Below, piece by piece: positions 50,394 through 59,794 of a DNA stretch of 64,000 nt. The DNA is from a virus: IMG/VR virus record IMGVR_UViG_3300035698_014029, positions 9,517 to 73,516 of that record; one strand, 5' to 3'. The notes beneath the pieces are model-generated. The model saw nothing but the letters and a program-made list of their open reading frames with translations, did no database searches and was not told the DNA's origin. The position numbers and the translations under genes are program-made. Position 1 is the first letter of the stretch. Every line of letters starts with the position of its first letter.

Positions 50394-52271
50394 ATGTGGC
50401 AACCAATTAAAATTCATATTAAAGATTTTATGTCTTTTCCCGAAGAAGAAATGTCTTTTTTGTTAAGTATTCCTGCTATTATTCAAGGAGAAAATAAAAG
50501 TGATGATGGTCAAGAATCAAATGGTTCTGGTAAATCTGCTCTTCAAGAAGCTTTTTATAGAAATCTTACTGGTTCATCTATTCGAAAAGGAATTAGAGAT
50601 AAAGATTTGATTAAAAACTTTTGCAATGAAGCAATTATTGAATCTTGGCTAAAAAACACTATTACTAAAGAAGAACTTTATATAAAAAGAACTATTCATC
50701 AGAAAAAATCTGAAATTCTTTATATAGAAATTAATGGCGAAGATCAAAAAGATAAATTTGCTACTATTAAGGACGGAAATAGAGTTTTATTAGAAGATAT
50801 TTTATGTATTACTAAAGAAGATATTGATAATTGTTATATTCTTAATCGAGAGAAATATGTTTCTTTCTTCTTTACATCTGATACTAAAAAGAAAGAACTT
50901 ATTGGAAGATTTTCAAATGCTAATTTAGTTCAAGGAGTAGATAAATATGTTGAAGCAGATGTAGATGTTATCCAAAAACAATATGACAAGCTAAATAATG
51001 ATATAACATCTATAAATGGTAAAATAGAGTACCTTAATGAAGAGTTAACTGAGTTTGACATAGAAACACTTAAAGAAGAGAGAAAAGAAGAAATTGAGGC
51101 TTTAAATGAGAAAATTAAAGTATTAAGTAAATCATCTAAAGAAGATATAGAATATTTAGCAGTTCTTGTAAAAGAAGTTAATAAATTAGATGAATCTAAA
51201 CATGGGATAGAATTAAAGAAAATACAAGAATATTTAAATGAAGCTTCTAATATTAAGATTGACTTAAATAAAGAAATCGAAAATTCAGAAGAATTAATTG
51301 ATGAATATCAAGATTTAATTGCTGAATTGAAAAATAAAATTAGAGGTCAGGTAACTTGTCCTAAATGTGCTAATATATTTGTAGCAGGAGACCCATCTAT
51401 AATTATAGAAAAAGTACAAAAATCTATTTCTGATAAAGAAGCAGATGTGGATGAAGTACAAAAAACCATAGATAAAAAACAAGGGAATGTAACTGAAGCA
51501 AAAGAGATTTTTAGTGATCTCACTACAAAAGAAGATGTTATTCGTAAAAAAATAACAAAGATTTCTGATGAGAAAACCACTATTCAAAAAGAAGTTCAGA
51601 GGTTAGAAGTTTCTACTGTTGGAGATAAAGAGAAATTAAAAAAATACAATGAAGATATTAAAGATTTGGGAGAAGAAATAGAAGATAAAACATCCAATAT
51701 AAAAAAGAAAATATCAGAATTTGAAAAAGATATCTTAAAAGTTGAGAAACAGAAAAAGATAAAAGAAGATGATATGTTTGAAATAAAGCAATGGATATTT
51801 AATTTCAAAAGTTTCTTCTCTCATTTAACTAATAAATCACTTAAACTAATTGAATTCAAAACTAATGAACAATTAGAAGCAATGAGAAGTGATTTACGTA
51901 TTCGAATTGAAGGAATTAAAGTATTAGCTACTGGAGAACTTCGTGAGAATATTACTCCTGAGATATTAAGGGATGGTTTTGTAACCGGAGTATTTGGTAA
52001 ACTATCTGGCGGTGAACGTGTTAGAGTTGAAGCTGGGAATATATTAGCTCGACAATCAATTATTAATAACACTTCTAAAAAAGGTGGATTAGACTTTATT
52101 TGGATAGATGAAATTTTTGATCAGTCAGATAAACTAGGGATTGATTTATTAATGAAAGCCTTAGAACCATTAAAGAAAACTATACTTATAACAACTCAAA
52201 TACAGTCTGATTTTAATCATACAACTATTAAAGTAGTTAAAGAAAATGATGAATCTAAAATTGAAATATAA
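50394..52271 (+). CDS. Rad50/SbcC-like ATPase
   Basis: NGSGKS Walker A, coiled coil with CPKC hook, LSGGE signature, IDE Walker B. Confidence 0.92.
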   Translation: MWQPIKIHIKDFMSFPEEEMSFLLSIPAIIQGENKSDDGQESNGSGKSALQEAFYRNLTGSSIRKGIRDKDLIKNFCNEAIIESWLKNTITKEELYIKRTIHQKKSEILYIEINGEDQKDKFATIKDGNRVLLEDILCITKEDIDNCYILNREKYVSFFFTSDTKKKELIGRFSNANLVQGVDKYVEADVDVIQKQYDKLNNDITSINGKIEYLNEELTEFDIETLKEERKEEIEALNEKIKVLSKSSKEDIEYLAVLVKEVNKLDESKHGIELKKIQEYLNEASNIKIDLNKEIENSEELIDEYQDLIAELKNKIRGQVTCPKCANIFVAGDPSIIIEKVQKSISDKEADVDEVQKTIDKKQGNVTEAKEIFSDLTTKEDVIRKKITKISDEKTTIQKEVQRLEVSTVGDKEKLKKYNEDIKDLGEEIEDKTSNIKKKISEFEKDILKVEKQKKIKEDDMFEIKQWIFNFKSFFSHLTNKSLKLIEFKTNEQLEAMRSDLRIRIEGIKVLATGELRENITPEILRDGFVTGVFGKLSGGERVRVEAGNILARQSIINNTSKKGGLDFIWIDEIFDQSDKLGIDLLMKALEPLKKTILITTQIQSDFNHTTIKVVKENDESKIEI

Positions 52272-52708
52272 TGGATGAAATATTTGAAATAAAAACAGAT
52301 AATTTAGGATTTATGACTAATATGCCAGATTTTAAATCTATAGGAGATGCAATGAGACATGGTATTAATGTCGCAGAATATTACAAATCAAAAGGAGTTT
52401 TAATGTATGCTTTTTCAGGAGGACCAATGCATCCTTTATCTGGCAATGCATCAAGATTAGAAAAGTATGACATTAAAGCATTTGCAACTAATGGTTGTGA
52501 AGTTACTTCAACCTCAGAATCATGGCAGAAATGTTTTAATATTGTTATGAATTATTCAAAAATTCCTAAATTAGATACTATACTTGAAATTCTTATTGGA
52601 GATATAATTTATAAAGATAAAGAATTTTCTAAAGAATATGATGATCTTTACTATACTCAATTTAAGAAAGGGGTAAGTCCATCATCTATTAATTTTATTT
52701 ATATTTAA
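52271..52708 (+). CDS. Hypothetical protein
   Basis: Coupled ORF. Confidence 0.6.
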   Translation: MDEIFEIKTDNLGFMTNMPDFKSIGDAMRHGINVAEYYKSKGVLMYAFSGGPMHPLSGNASRLEKYDIKAFATNGCEVTSTSESWQKCFNIVMNYSKIPKLDTILEILIGDIIYKDKEFSKEYDDLYYTQFKKGVSPSSINFIYI

Positions 52709-52725
52709 TTTAAAAACTAAATAAT

Positions 52726-52953
52726 ATGTGTAAAGATTGTGAATGTGGGGAACACAATAATATCCAATCAGTAACAGAGCAAGACCTAGCTCAACAATTT
52801 CAATCAGATACAGGTTCTATGCCTAATCTAAAGCCAGATGAATATCGTAAATGGTTAGAAAGAAGAGTAATTAATCAACAAAATCATCGGAAAGTAATTA
52901 AATCTTGTAACGATGAAATTAATAAAGTAATGGATGACGATCTAAATGAGTAA
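52726..52953 (+). CDS. Hypothetical protein
   Basis: ORF. Confidence 0.55.
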   Translation: MCKDCECGEHNNIQSVTEQDLAQQFQSDTGSMPNLKPDEYRKWLERRVINQQNHRKVIKSCNDEINKVMDDDLNE

Positions 52954-53497
52954 AGATATCTATATGGGTATAGACCCAGGAAAGCAAGGATTTTTTACCT
53001 TTAATATAGGTGAAGAATTGTTTTTTAAACATATGGAAAATTTTGTCATAGGTAAAGAATACTCTTCTTTATTAATTGGAGAATTCTTTAAACAATTTGA
53101 AGGAATTTCTATGCATGTAGTGTTAGAAGATGTTCATTGTGATCCTCAGTGGACCGCCTTAACTAACTGGTCTTTAAGTAGAAATAAAGCTTTAATAGAA
53201 CAAGCTCTTGCTGATTATAAGATACCTAATACTCTTGTTAATCCTCAAACATGGCAAAAAGAAATGTTTCAAGGAATACCTGAAATGAGAAAACCTTCTG
53301 TAACAGTTAAAAGAAAAGATGGGACTACTTATTTAAAGAAGGGTAGAAGAGAAACTAAGCCAATGTCAATATTGGCAGCTCAAAGACTTTTCCCTAATGT
53401 TAATTTAGCTCATGGTAAAACAGCAAGAGCTACTAAACCTCATGATGGTAAAAGTGATTCGTTATTAATATATGAATATTGTAGAAGAAAATTCTAA
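52946..53497 (+). CDS. RuvC-like Holliday junction resolvase
   Basis: MGIDPG, VLE, V.P..W.K, HDG..DSLLI. Confidence 0.85.
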   Translation: MSKDIYMGIDPGKQGFFTFNIGEELFFKHMENFVIGKEYSSLLIGEFFKQFEGISMHVVLEDVHCDPQWTALTNWSLSRNKALIEQALADYKIPNTLVNPQTWQKEMFQGIPEMRKPSVTVKRKDGTTYLKKGRRETKPMSILAAQRLFPNVNLAHGKTARATKPHDGKSDSLLIYEYCRRKF

Positions 53498-53501
53498 AAA
53501 A

Positions 53502-53612
53502 ATGAATAAACAAGAAGAATATACTAAGAAAAAATATCAAAAACGTGACAGAATAATAGCTATTATTGTATTAATAGTTGTCACTATATTTGTAATAATT
53601 AATTTATTTTAA
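53502..53612 (+). CDS. Small single-TM protein (36 aa, not in ORF track)
   Basis: Basic N-terminus then IIAIIVLIVVTIFVIINLF. Confidence 0.4.
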   Translation: MNKQEEYTKKKYQKRDRIIAIIVLIVVTIFVIINLF

Positions 53613-53615
53613 ATA

Positions 53616-53933
53616 ATGAAAGTAGAATTAAATACAGTCGAAAAAACTATAAAAATACAAGAGTCTGTAGAGATAGGAGAATTTATAGATATGTGTAAAA
53701 ACCTTTTCCCTAATAATATATGGAGAGGATTTACATTAGAAACCAATACTATTATAGAATGGATTAATCCTATACCTTGGACATATCCTATTTATTATGA
53801 AGGAACAACAGCTCCTATATGGCCACCAGATAGAACTTGGATAACTTGCTCTGGAAATTCATCTCCTGATGAATATACTACTAATATTCAATTAACTCCT
53901 GGAACATTTTGTATAGATTACATAAGACAATAA
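53616..53933 (+). CDS. Hypothetical protein
   Basis: Pro/Trp-rich C-terminus. Confidence 0.6.
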   Translation: MKVELNTVEKTIKIQESVEIGEFIDMCKNLFPNNIWRGFTLETNTIIEWINPIPWTYPIYYEGTTAPIWPPDRTWITCSGNSSPDEYTTNIQLTPGTFCIDYIRQ

Positions 53934-53937
53934 AGAT

Positions 53938-54513
53938 ATGGGAAAATTAAATAAATTAATGGTACATTGTACTGACAGCCCAGCAGGAAGAGCAGTATCA
54001 TCTGGAGAAATTCATCAATGGCATAGAAGCCCATTAGAATTAGAAAATGGAGAAATAAAATATATGCGTAAAGTATATTCATCCAGAAAAGATCTTCCTA
54101 ATGAGAAAATAAACGGAATAGATATTAAATTACTTTCTGGTCGAGGATGGTCTAAAGTAGGATACACAGCTATGATTCATTTAGACGGAACATTAGAAGT
54201 CTTAGTAGATCATAATGAAGATAATTGGGTAGACTCTAGTGAGATAACTAATGGAGCTGCAGGGTTTAATGGAAATACTCGACATATCGTTATAGTTGGA
54301 GGAACAGGCTTTAATATGGCAGATTTTGATGAAGTATTAACTTCTCAACAATTTGTTACTTTACAAATTTATATTAAAGAATTCCTTGGAAAACATCCAG
54401 AATGTCAAGTGTTAGGTCATTATCAAGTAAACCCTAATAAAGGTTGTCCTGGATTTAATATGCCAAAGTTTTTAAAGTTTATCAGCATTCCTAAAAAATA
54501 CATATATGCCTAA
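53938..54513 (+). CDS. N-acetylmuramoyl-L-alanine amidase (T7 lysozyme-like), probable endolysin
   Basis: VHCT, RGWS.VGY, GA.GFN, GH...K.CP. Confidence 0.88.
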   Translation: MGKLNKLMVHCTDSPAGRAVSSGEIHQWHRSPLELENGEIKYMRKVYSSRKDLPNEKINGIDIKLLSGRGWSKVGYTAMIHLDGTLEVLVDHNEDNWVDSSEITNGAAGFNGNTRHIVIVGGTGFNMADFDEVLTSQQFVTLQIYIKEFLGKHPECQVLGHYQVNPNKGCPGFNMPKFLKFISIPKKYIYA

Positions 54514-54844
54514 AAAAGTTAATTTTCATTGTAATAAATGTAAAAAAGATTTCTTAGTTTCTACTTTTATTACATCTTATCCTGAAGGTAAAACTGTTTA
54601 TAAAAAAGAAAACAGAAAAGATTTAATATCTTGTGAACATTGTGGATCAACAGATATTAAATTTGTAAATAAAGAAGGAGTTTGTATTAATTATGGGAAA
54701 TTCTCTAGTTCTTCTTTACAAGGGAAACAAGAAATATTATTAAAAAGAGCTAAAGCTCATGATAAAACCCCTTCTTTTATAGAAGAAAGTAGACATAGAG
54801 ATAGAGTTCAAACTATTAAAACTTTAAAAAATATAGGGAAATAA
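54506..54844 (+). CDS. Zinc-ribbon protein
   Basis: CNKC...CEHCGS. Confidence 0.65.
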   Translation: MPKKVNFHCNKCKKDFLVSTFITSYPEGKTVYKKENRKDLISCEHCGSTDIKFVNKEGVCINYGKFSSSSLQGKQEILLKRAKAHDKTPSFIEESRHRDRVQTIKTLKNIGK

Positions 54845-55164
54845 TGGAAAAAGGTAAGAAATTAACAATAACAGAAATTCTAGGATACTTTGAGAAACTT
54901 ATATTAGGTGATCGAAAAACCTTACATATTGTGGAATCATCTGACTCTAATTTTCAAGAGATATGGATTACAGAAGCTTATAAAGCATATAGTCCAAGTA
55001 ATCATATAGACAGTTATGAAATTAAAGGGAAAAACATTAATAAAGTTATTGAAGATCAACTTTTCTTTAAAGATGTTGATACGATATTAACTAAACTTGG
55101 TACACTTCCTACTCAAACAATTAACTATTCTTATAATTATTATATCAGGAAAATAACAGTATAA
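54844..55164 (+). CDS. Hypothetical protein
   Basis: Coupled ORF. Confidence 0.6.
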   Translation: MEKGKKLTITEILGYFEKLILGDRKTLHIVESSDSNFQEIWITEAYKAYSPSNHIDSYEIKGKNINKVIEDQLFFKDVDTILTKLGTLPTQTINYSYNYYIRKITV

Positions 55165-55249
55165 TTATTTAGAACGATTATAAATAAAGGAGAAAATCAA
55201 AAGTTTTCTCTTTTTTATTTGTTTAAGAAGTATAACTTTTATACTTTTG
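55165..55249 (+). promoter_or_regulatory. Fur-box-like palindrome, terminator hairpin and Bacteroidota promoter
   Basis: ttatttagaa-cga-ttataaataa; ggagaaaa...ttttctc with T-run; TTTG(55218)-N20-TACTTTTG. Confidence 0.7.
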
Positions 55250-55292
55250 AATTGTAAAACGTAAACAATAAATTAAATAAACAGTAATTATC

Positions 55293-55598
55293 ATGAAAGA
55301 TTTAAAACACACACAAGGAGAATGGATTGCAAAGCAAATCAATCTATATACTTCAATTAAACCATTCAGAGTGTATAAAGGAACTAAGATTATTTGTAAT
55401 TTAGTATCTTATGACAGATTTAATAAAGAAGCAAATGCAAAATTAATAGCTGCTGCTCCTGATTTATTAGAAATCTTAAAGGATTTAATTAAACAAATCG
55501 AATATCCTTTAAGATCATTATTTGATAACAATGGTCAAATGATTGCAAAACCTAATATCAGTAAAGCAATTGAATTAATTAAAAAAGCAACTGAATAA
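55293..55598 (+). CDS. Conserved phage protein (HT.G.W...ANAKLIAAAPDLL)
   Basis: Widespread phage motif. Confidence 0.75.
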   Translation: MKDLKHTQGEWIAKQINLYTSIKPFRVYKGTKIICNLVSYDRFNKEANAKLIAAAPDLLEILKDLIKQIEYPLRSLFDNNGQMIAKPNISKAIELIKKATE

Positions 55599-55600
55599 TT

Positions 55601-55804
55601 ATGAAAAATGTAATTGAAATTAGTAAAAAAATATATCTTGATGATGATGATTTAATTAAAACTAATCAAGGTTGGGTAAAAGCAAAAAACTTAAAAGTTA
55701 ATAATAAGATATTTAACTTTGAAGGAGAAATTACCAAGATTACGAAAATAAAAAATTGTGGGAAAAGACCAGATGCCCCAATAATCAGAACAACAACTGA
55801 ATAA
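55601..55804 (+). CDS. Orphan N-terminal Hint/intein-like fragment
   Basis: LIKTNQGWVKAKNLKVNNKIFNFEG..TKI resembles intein N-terminal strands; no Cys1. Confidence 0.55.
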   Translation: MKNVIEISKKIYLDDDDLIKTNQGWVKAKNLKVNNKIFNFEGEITKITKIKNCGKRPDAPIIRTTTE

Positions 55805-55806
55805 TC

Positions 55807-56829
55807 ATGAAAACCCTAAAATTACAATCATTAACAGCAAGCTTCTTTAGTATAGTATTTTCACTAAGTATTGCAAAACAATTAGTTGGAATAATATCAG
55901 GATGGATATTAATATTATTATTTGTATTTACTATACTATTTCTACTTTATAATGAAGATAGAAAAATTAAAGAATTACGGAGACAGGCACGAGGAAGAAA
56001 CTTTAACTGGACTGTTATCGTTTTAACCCTATTTATTTCAATCGGAATGTCTTCGATAGGTATTTACCTTTGGACTAACCAAACGTTCCAAAAAACTATC
56101 TTAAATGATGGGAAACAACAAGCTGAGATATCTCTTATTGAAAGTGATTATAACGATAGAATAAATAAGATTCGTTCATCTTCTATTAATACTGAAGAAT
56201 ATCTTCAGATCAAAGAAGATATAAACTGGTGGAAAAGAAGAAGTCCTGCTAATTTAGAAGAACGTGCTGATAGAAATAATCAAATAGTTATTCTCCAAGA
56301 AAGACTAAGTGATATTCTTCAGAAATATTCAGAACAGAAAGAGAATCAATTAAACCTATTAGATGATGAGAAAAATCAGAAATTATCTGAAGTTAAAATC
56401 ACACACAGTGGAGTTTCTAAAAGACTTTCTTTTGATAATTATATTAGTTTTATTTTTATATTTCTCGTTTTTATTACTGAATTTGTTATTATTAATCTTC
56501 AACGAGAAATTGGGAGATATTATAATGAAACTGATTCTACAGAGCTTAAAGTTATCAGGGATCTCTTAAATCAAGGAATGACTGAAATCACTATTGATGA
56601 TATTTCTTATAGTAAATTTGCAGATTTCGAAGGAGATAGTAATACTAAATACAAGCAGTCTAAGAAGCTTTTTAACCTATTATTAACTCTTGGAATATTA
56701 GTAGATAAAACATTTAAAGAAATAGGTGTTAATAAAGTAAATACCCTTTATGGTACTTTTATAAATCAAAATAAAGCCATTAAGGAATTACGAGATTATT
56801 ATTTTAAATTAAATAACTTAAATAAGTAA
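55807..56829 (+). CDS. Membrane protein with coiled-coil ectodomain
   Basis: Three N-terminal TM helices, coiled coil, fourth TM. Confidence 0.7.
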   Translation: MKTLKLQSLTASFFSIVFSLSIAKQLVGIISGWILILLFVFTILFLLYNEDRKIKELRRQARGRNFNWTVIVLTLFISIGMSSIGIYLWTNQTFQKTILNDGKQQAEISLIESDYNDRINKIRSSSINTEEYLQIKEDINWWKRRSPANLEERADRNNQIVILQERLSDILQKYSEQKENQLNLLDDEKNQKLSEVKITHSGVSKRLSFDNYISFIFIFLVFITEFVIINLQREIGRYYNETDSTELKVIRDLLNQGMTEITIDDISYSKFADFEGDSNTKYKQSKKLFNLLLTLGILVDKTFKEIGVNKVNTLYGTFINQNKAIKELRDYYFKLNNLNK

Positions 56830-56832
56830 ATT

Positions 56833-56906
56833 TTATTTAGAACCATTTTAAATAACGACTAAAATGGTTTTTTATTTGGATAAGAAGTATAACTTTTATA
56901 TTTTTA
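56833..56906 (+). promoter_or_regulatory. Fur-box-like palindrome and variant promoter
   Basis: ttatttagaa-cca-ttttaaataa; TTTG-N20-TATTTTTA; shares taagaagtataacttttata with the 55218 promoter. Confidence 0.6.
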
Positions 56907-56925
56907 CATAAACAAATAATATAAA

Positions 56926-57255
56926 ATGATTAAAGAATTAAAAGATATTAGAGAAGAACTTTTATTAGGAATTGAAAATAAAGATTTGCTTTATATTAAA
57001 ATGCAGATTAATAGAATTGATACTTTAATATATGAAAATAGTCAAGAAAAAAAACGTGGGATTATAATAGTTGGAACTGGTACTGGATTAACTGATAGAC
57101 AAAAATCTTTAGAATGGTGGAGAAAAATGAATTTAGAAGATCAATTTTATAAAACTATTGAATGTAATTATTTAATAGTTGGAGATCATACACGACATCC
57201 TGATTCATTAACAGGAAGTGAAATAGAAAAAATCTGGAAACATTATGTTATCTAA
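56926..57255 (+). CDS. Hypothetical protein
   Basis: WW...LTGSEIEKIW motif. Confidence 0.6.
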   Translation: MIKELKDIREELLLGIENKDLLYIKMQINRIDTLIYENSQEKKRGIIIVGTGTGLTDRQKSLEWWRKMNLEDQFYKTIECNYLIVGDHTRHPDSLTGSEIEKIWKHYVI

Positions 57256-57559
57256 AATCAAAATTAAGGGACAAAATAAGCTGTTTGAGAACACTTCTAT
57301 ACAATTTACCCCTATTGGTATGTATATAAGGGTAAGTGTTAATATATCGTCTAATTTGATACCCTTTATAGCTTCTAATAATGTTGAGAAAGGAGAAACT
57401 CATTGGGTATATGGATTAAAAATACATATTGAAAGCAAACATATTAATGATATTAACTTTCAAAATGTTCAAAAAGAATTGTTAAGACGTTGTATGATAA
57501 GAGTTAGAGAAGCAAAACAAAGACAATTAGAAAATCAAATATTAATATTAAAAAACTAA
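57245..57559 (+). CDS. Hypothetical protein
   Basis: ORF. Confidence 0.55.
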   Translation: MLSKIKIKGQNKLFENTSIQFTPIGMYIRVSVNISSNLIPFIASNNVEKGETHWVYGLKIHIESKHINDINFQNVQKELLRRCMIRVREAKQRQLENQILILKN

Positions 57560-57564
57560 ATAAG

Positions 57565-57789
57565 ATGATAAACACACCGAATGAAAATATAATAATTAAT
57601 TCTATTCAACAAGAAGAAGAAAAGAAAACTCGTAAAGAAATTTATGGAAAGAAAAACACTCGATATAAAAGAACCGGATATGATGTATTTATAAATGATA
57701 TGGTAAATCTAAAAAACACTCCATATGGATATAATTATGTATTAGGATATTGTCAAGATACAGTTTTCCAGGATACCGGTGTTATTTAG
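57565..57789 (+). CDS. Hypothetical protein
   Basis: ORF. Confidence 0.5.
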   Translation: MINTPNENIIINSIQQEEEKKTRKEIYGKKNTRYKRTGYDVFINDMVNLKNTPYGYNYVLGYCQDTVFQDTGVI

Positions 57790-57804
57790 AATGGTTTTAA
57801 ATTA
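57782..57804. promoter_or_regulatory. Fur-box-like palindrome
   Basis: ttatttagaa-tgg-ttttaaatta, followed by TAnnTTTG elements at 57838 and 57856. Confidence 0.5.
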
Positions 57805-57885
57805 AAAATTAAGTATATTTATTTGATTTAAAATCTTTACCTTTGTTTGATAATTTATATTTGGAGAAAATAAAAAGTAAAGAAA

Positions 57886-58353
57886 ATGAATAATAAACTT
57901 TTAAAAATAAATGAACTTTTAAAATTAGAAGAACCTGTTTTATTAAATATAGATTCTGGTATTTATTTTTTATTTAATTCGAATGAATTGATTTATGTTG
58001 GAATAAGTACTAATATACAAAAAAGAATAATGACTCATAGATCAGATAAAGATTTTAATAAAGCTACATTTATAAGTGGAGATATTAAATCTTTTACTAA
58101 AAATGAATCTGATTATATTTATCATTTTTTACCAAAATATAATAAAATTATAAGTGATACTAGTGAATATATTAATATTAAACTTATAAAAAATTTAAAG
58201 ATATTAGGTAATGTTGAATTTAAATGTAAATTAATCAATGGGACTATGTATCTTGATAAATTTACAATATTAAAAGATTTCAATATAATATATGATGAGA
58301 AAAATAAAATTATTTTAAAAACAATAACAAATGGAAGAGAAAAAAATAAATAG
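57886..58353 (+). CDS. GIY-YIG nuclease domain protein
   Basis: GIYFL.....IYVGIS.N...R...H...E...I....PKYN. Confidence 0.8.
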   Translation: MNNKLLKINELLKLEEPVLLNIDSGIYFLFNSNELIYVGISTNIQKRIMTHRSDKDFNKATFISGDIKSFTKNESDYIYHFLPKYNKIISDTSEYINIKLIKNLKILGNVEFKCKLINGTMYLDKFTILKDFNIIYDEKNKIILKTITNGREKNK

Positions 58354-58651
58354 AGAATTTAAAGGGATTTGGATTTGTAAAGAAATATGGTTATCAAAAG
58401 ACTTAAATTCTGAAGAAAAAATATTTTTAGCTGAGATAGATTCACTTGAAAAGTTAAAAGGATGTTTTGCAAGTAATAGATATTTTGCTGATTTTTTTAA
58501 TAAATCAAGTAGAACAATTAGCTCTATAATTTCTAAATTAGAAATAAAAGGATATATTTCGACATCTTATATTTTTATTAATGAAACTAAAGGTATAAAA
58601 AATAGAGTAATTAAGATAAATTGGAAGAAAATACATGCTAAACAGGTATAG
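58331..58651 (+). CDS. HTH replication-initiator-like protein, N-terminal domain only
   Basis: FKGIWI...GCFASN.YFA.....S.RTIS.IISKL...GYI; ends at TAG before an iteron-like region. Confidence 0.7.
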   Translation: MEEKKINREFKGIWICKEIWLSKDLNSEEKIFLAEIDSLEKLKGCFASNRYFADFFNKSSRTISSIISKLEIKGYISTSYIFINETKGIKNRVIKINWKKIHAKQV

Positions 58652-58663
58652 AAGGTTTATGTT

Positions 58664-58817
58664 ATACCCCCTGAACTTGATAACAGGGGGTATAGACGAC
58701 TTCAACAGGGGGTATGGAAGAGTTACGTAACAACCAAAACTCTGGAACTCTTACTACTATTGAAATAGAGATACATTTTTTTAGCCTATAACATAATATA
58801 TAAACTAATATATAAAC
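58664..58817. repeat. Iteron-like repeats
   Basis: CAGGGGGTAT twice direct (within 58682-93 and 58704-15) and once inverted (58664-73); taatatataaac x2 (58794-58817). Confidence 0.6.
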
Positions 58818-59041
58818 TAAAAAATAAAGAGGACAAAATCAAAAGATTTTGCTTCCTATTTTAAAATAAATAATTATGAAAAGAATATTTATTATACTAA
58901 CATTAATATTGTTTCTAATAAGTTGTGAAGAAGATGAATTTACAATGAAATACTAACTTTAAATTATTAAACTTTATATTATGGAAAAGATACAAATACT
59001 TAAATGGTTAAATAAACAGAATTATCAAAAAGTACAAAGGG

Positions 59042-59161
59042 AACGGTTTGTATAAGGCAAGTTTGCCATAATTTAAAAACACAAAAGATGAAATACAAGA
59101 CAAGTTTTTATATAAAGTACTATGCTACAAGATTGAGAGCAAATTTGCTTTATACTTTGTT
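59042..59161. repeat. attC-like hairpin A
   Basis: AAC ggttt gtataaggcaagtttgc / gcaaatttgctttatac ttt GTT (15/17 Watson-Crick). Confidence 0.75.
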
Positions 59162-59303
59162 AGGGTTAGTTTACCCTGCAAAAATACAAAAAGGGGATAA
59201 AATTAGATGTTACGGCATAGGCTACCCCCATTGGAAAGGTAGTGAATTTGAATGCACCTTAGATTTTAAAGATGGCACAATCAAGAGATTGCAGTTGTGT
59301 TAA
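59088..59303 (+). CDS. Cassette ORF starting inside hairpin A
   Basis: ATG in loop, reads LLYTLL through the right arm. Confidence 0.5.
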   Translation: MKYKTSFYIKYYATRLRANLLYTLLGLVYPAKIQKGDKIRCYGIGYPHWKGSEFECTLDFKDGTIKRLQLC

Positions 59304-59505
59304 GGGTAGAGATAGAGATAATAACTATGCTGAATGTATTGATAATGTATTTGACTGGCACAAAAGAGTAGTTAAAAAATTGGATATACAAAATGTTAGG
59401 CTTTCGTTAATTGCCTTTGAGGAAAGTAAGCATAAGTTTTTAAGTAAAAAATACAGACACGAATACGCTGTAAAAGTTGTAGATGAATATTTAGGCAATT
59501 TATGA
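59272..59505 (+). CDS. Cassette ORF crossing a remnant site (LDIQNV|RLS)
   Basis: GTT at 59395 with IR 59395-59415 / 59494-59513. Confidence 0.5.
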   Translation: MAQSRDCSCVKGRDRDNNYAECIDNVFDWHKRVVKKLDIQNVRLSLIAFEESKHKFLSKKYRHEYAVKVVDEYLGNL

Positions 59506-59510
59506 AGCCT

Positions 59511-59595
59511 AACGGATGGGTATATATGAAGTACCCTAACCACGAACTTAAAAATTAGTACAAACCTTAATAGGGTATTTCATATATACCTTGTT
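59511..59595. repeat. attC-like hairpin B
   Basis: ggtatatatgaagtacccta / tagggtatttcatatatacc (19/20) between AAC and GTT. Confidence 0.8.
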
Positions 59596-59609
59596 ATAAA
59601 ACGTTAATT

Positions 59610-59786
59610 ATGAAAAAAATAAATAAGGTATTTCCTATCAATCATAAAGATGTATTATTAAGTGGAATTAACACACTTACAAATGAAAATGTTAAAGTAA
59701 TTGGTTATAGAATAAAACGTGAAGATAGATTTATTACACCACCTAAAGGATGGTATGTTAATTTCACACATTACGAAGAATATTAA
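59610..59786 (+). CDS. Cassette ORF (58 aa, not in ORF track)
   Basis: Flanked by gttataaaacgtt / aatgttttataac. Confidence 0.6.
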   Translation: MKKINKVFPINHKDVLLSGINTLTNENVKVIGYRIKREDRFITPPKGWYVNFTHYEEY

Positions 59787-59794
59787 TGTTTTAT

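Noticed and set aside
55165-55187. dif/Xer site
   Set aside because: The 3-bp spacer and multiple promoter-proximal copies fit an operator, not an 11-6-11 dif site.
56363-56569. Second overprinted ORF in the membrane protein gene
   Set aside because: It is short, has no recognisable motif, and is explained by T-rich transmembrane codons.
58649-58864. TAG stop-codon reassignment
   Set aside because: All long genes are intact in the standard code, and capsid and SSB end sensibly at TAG.
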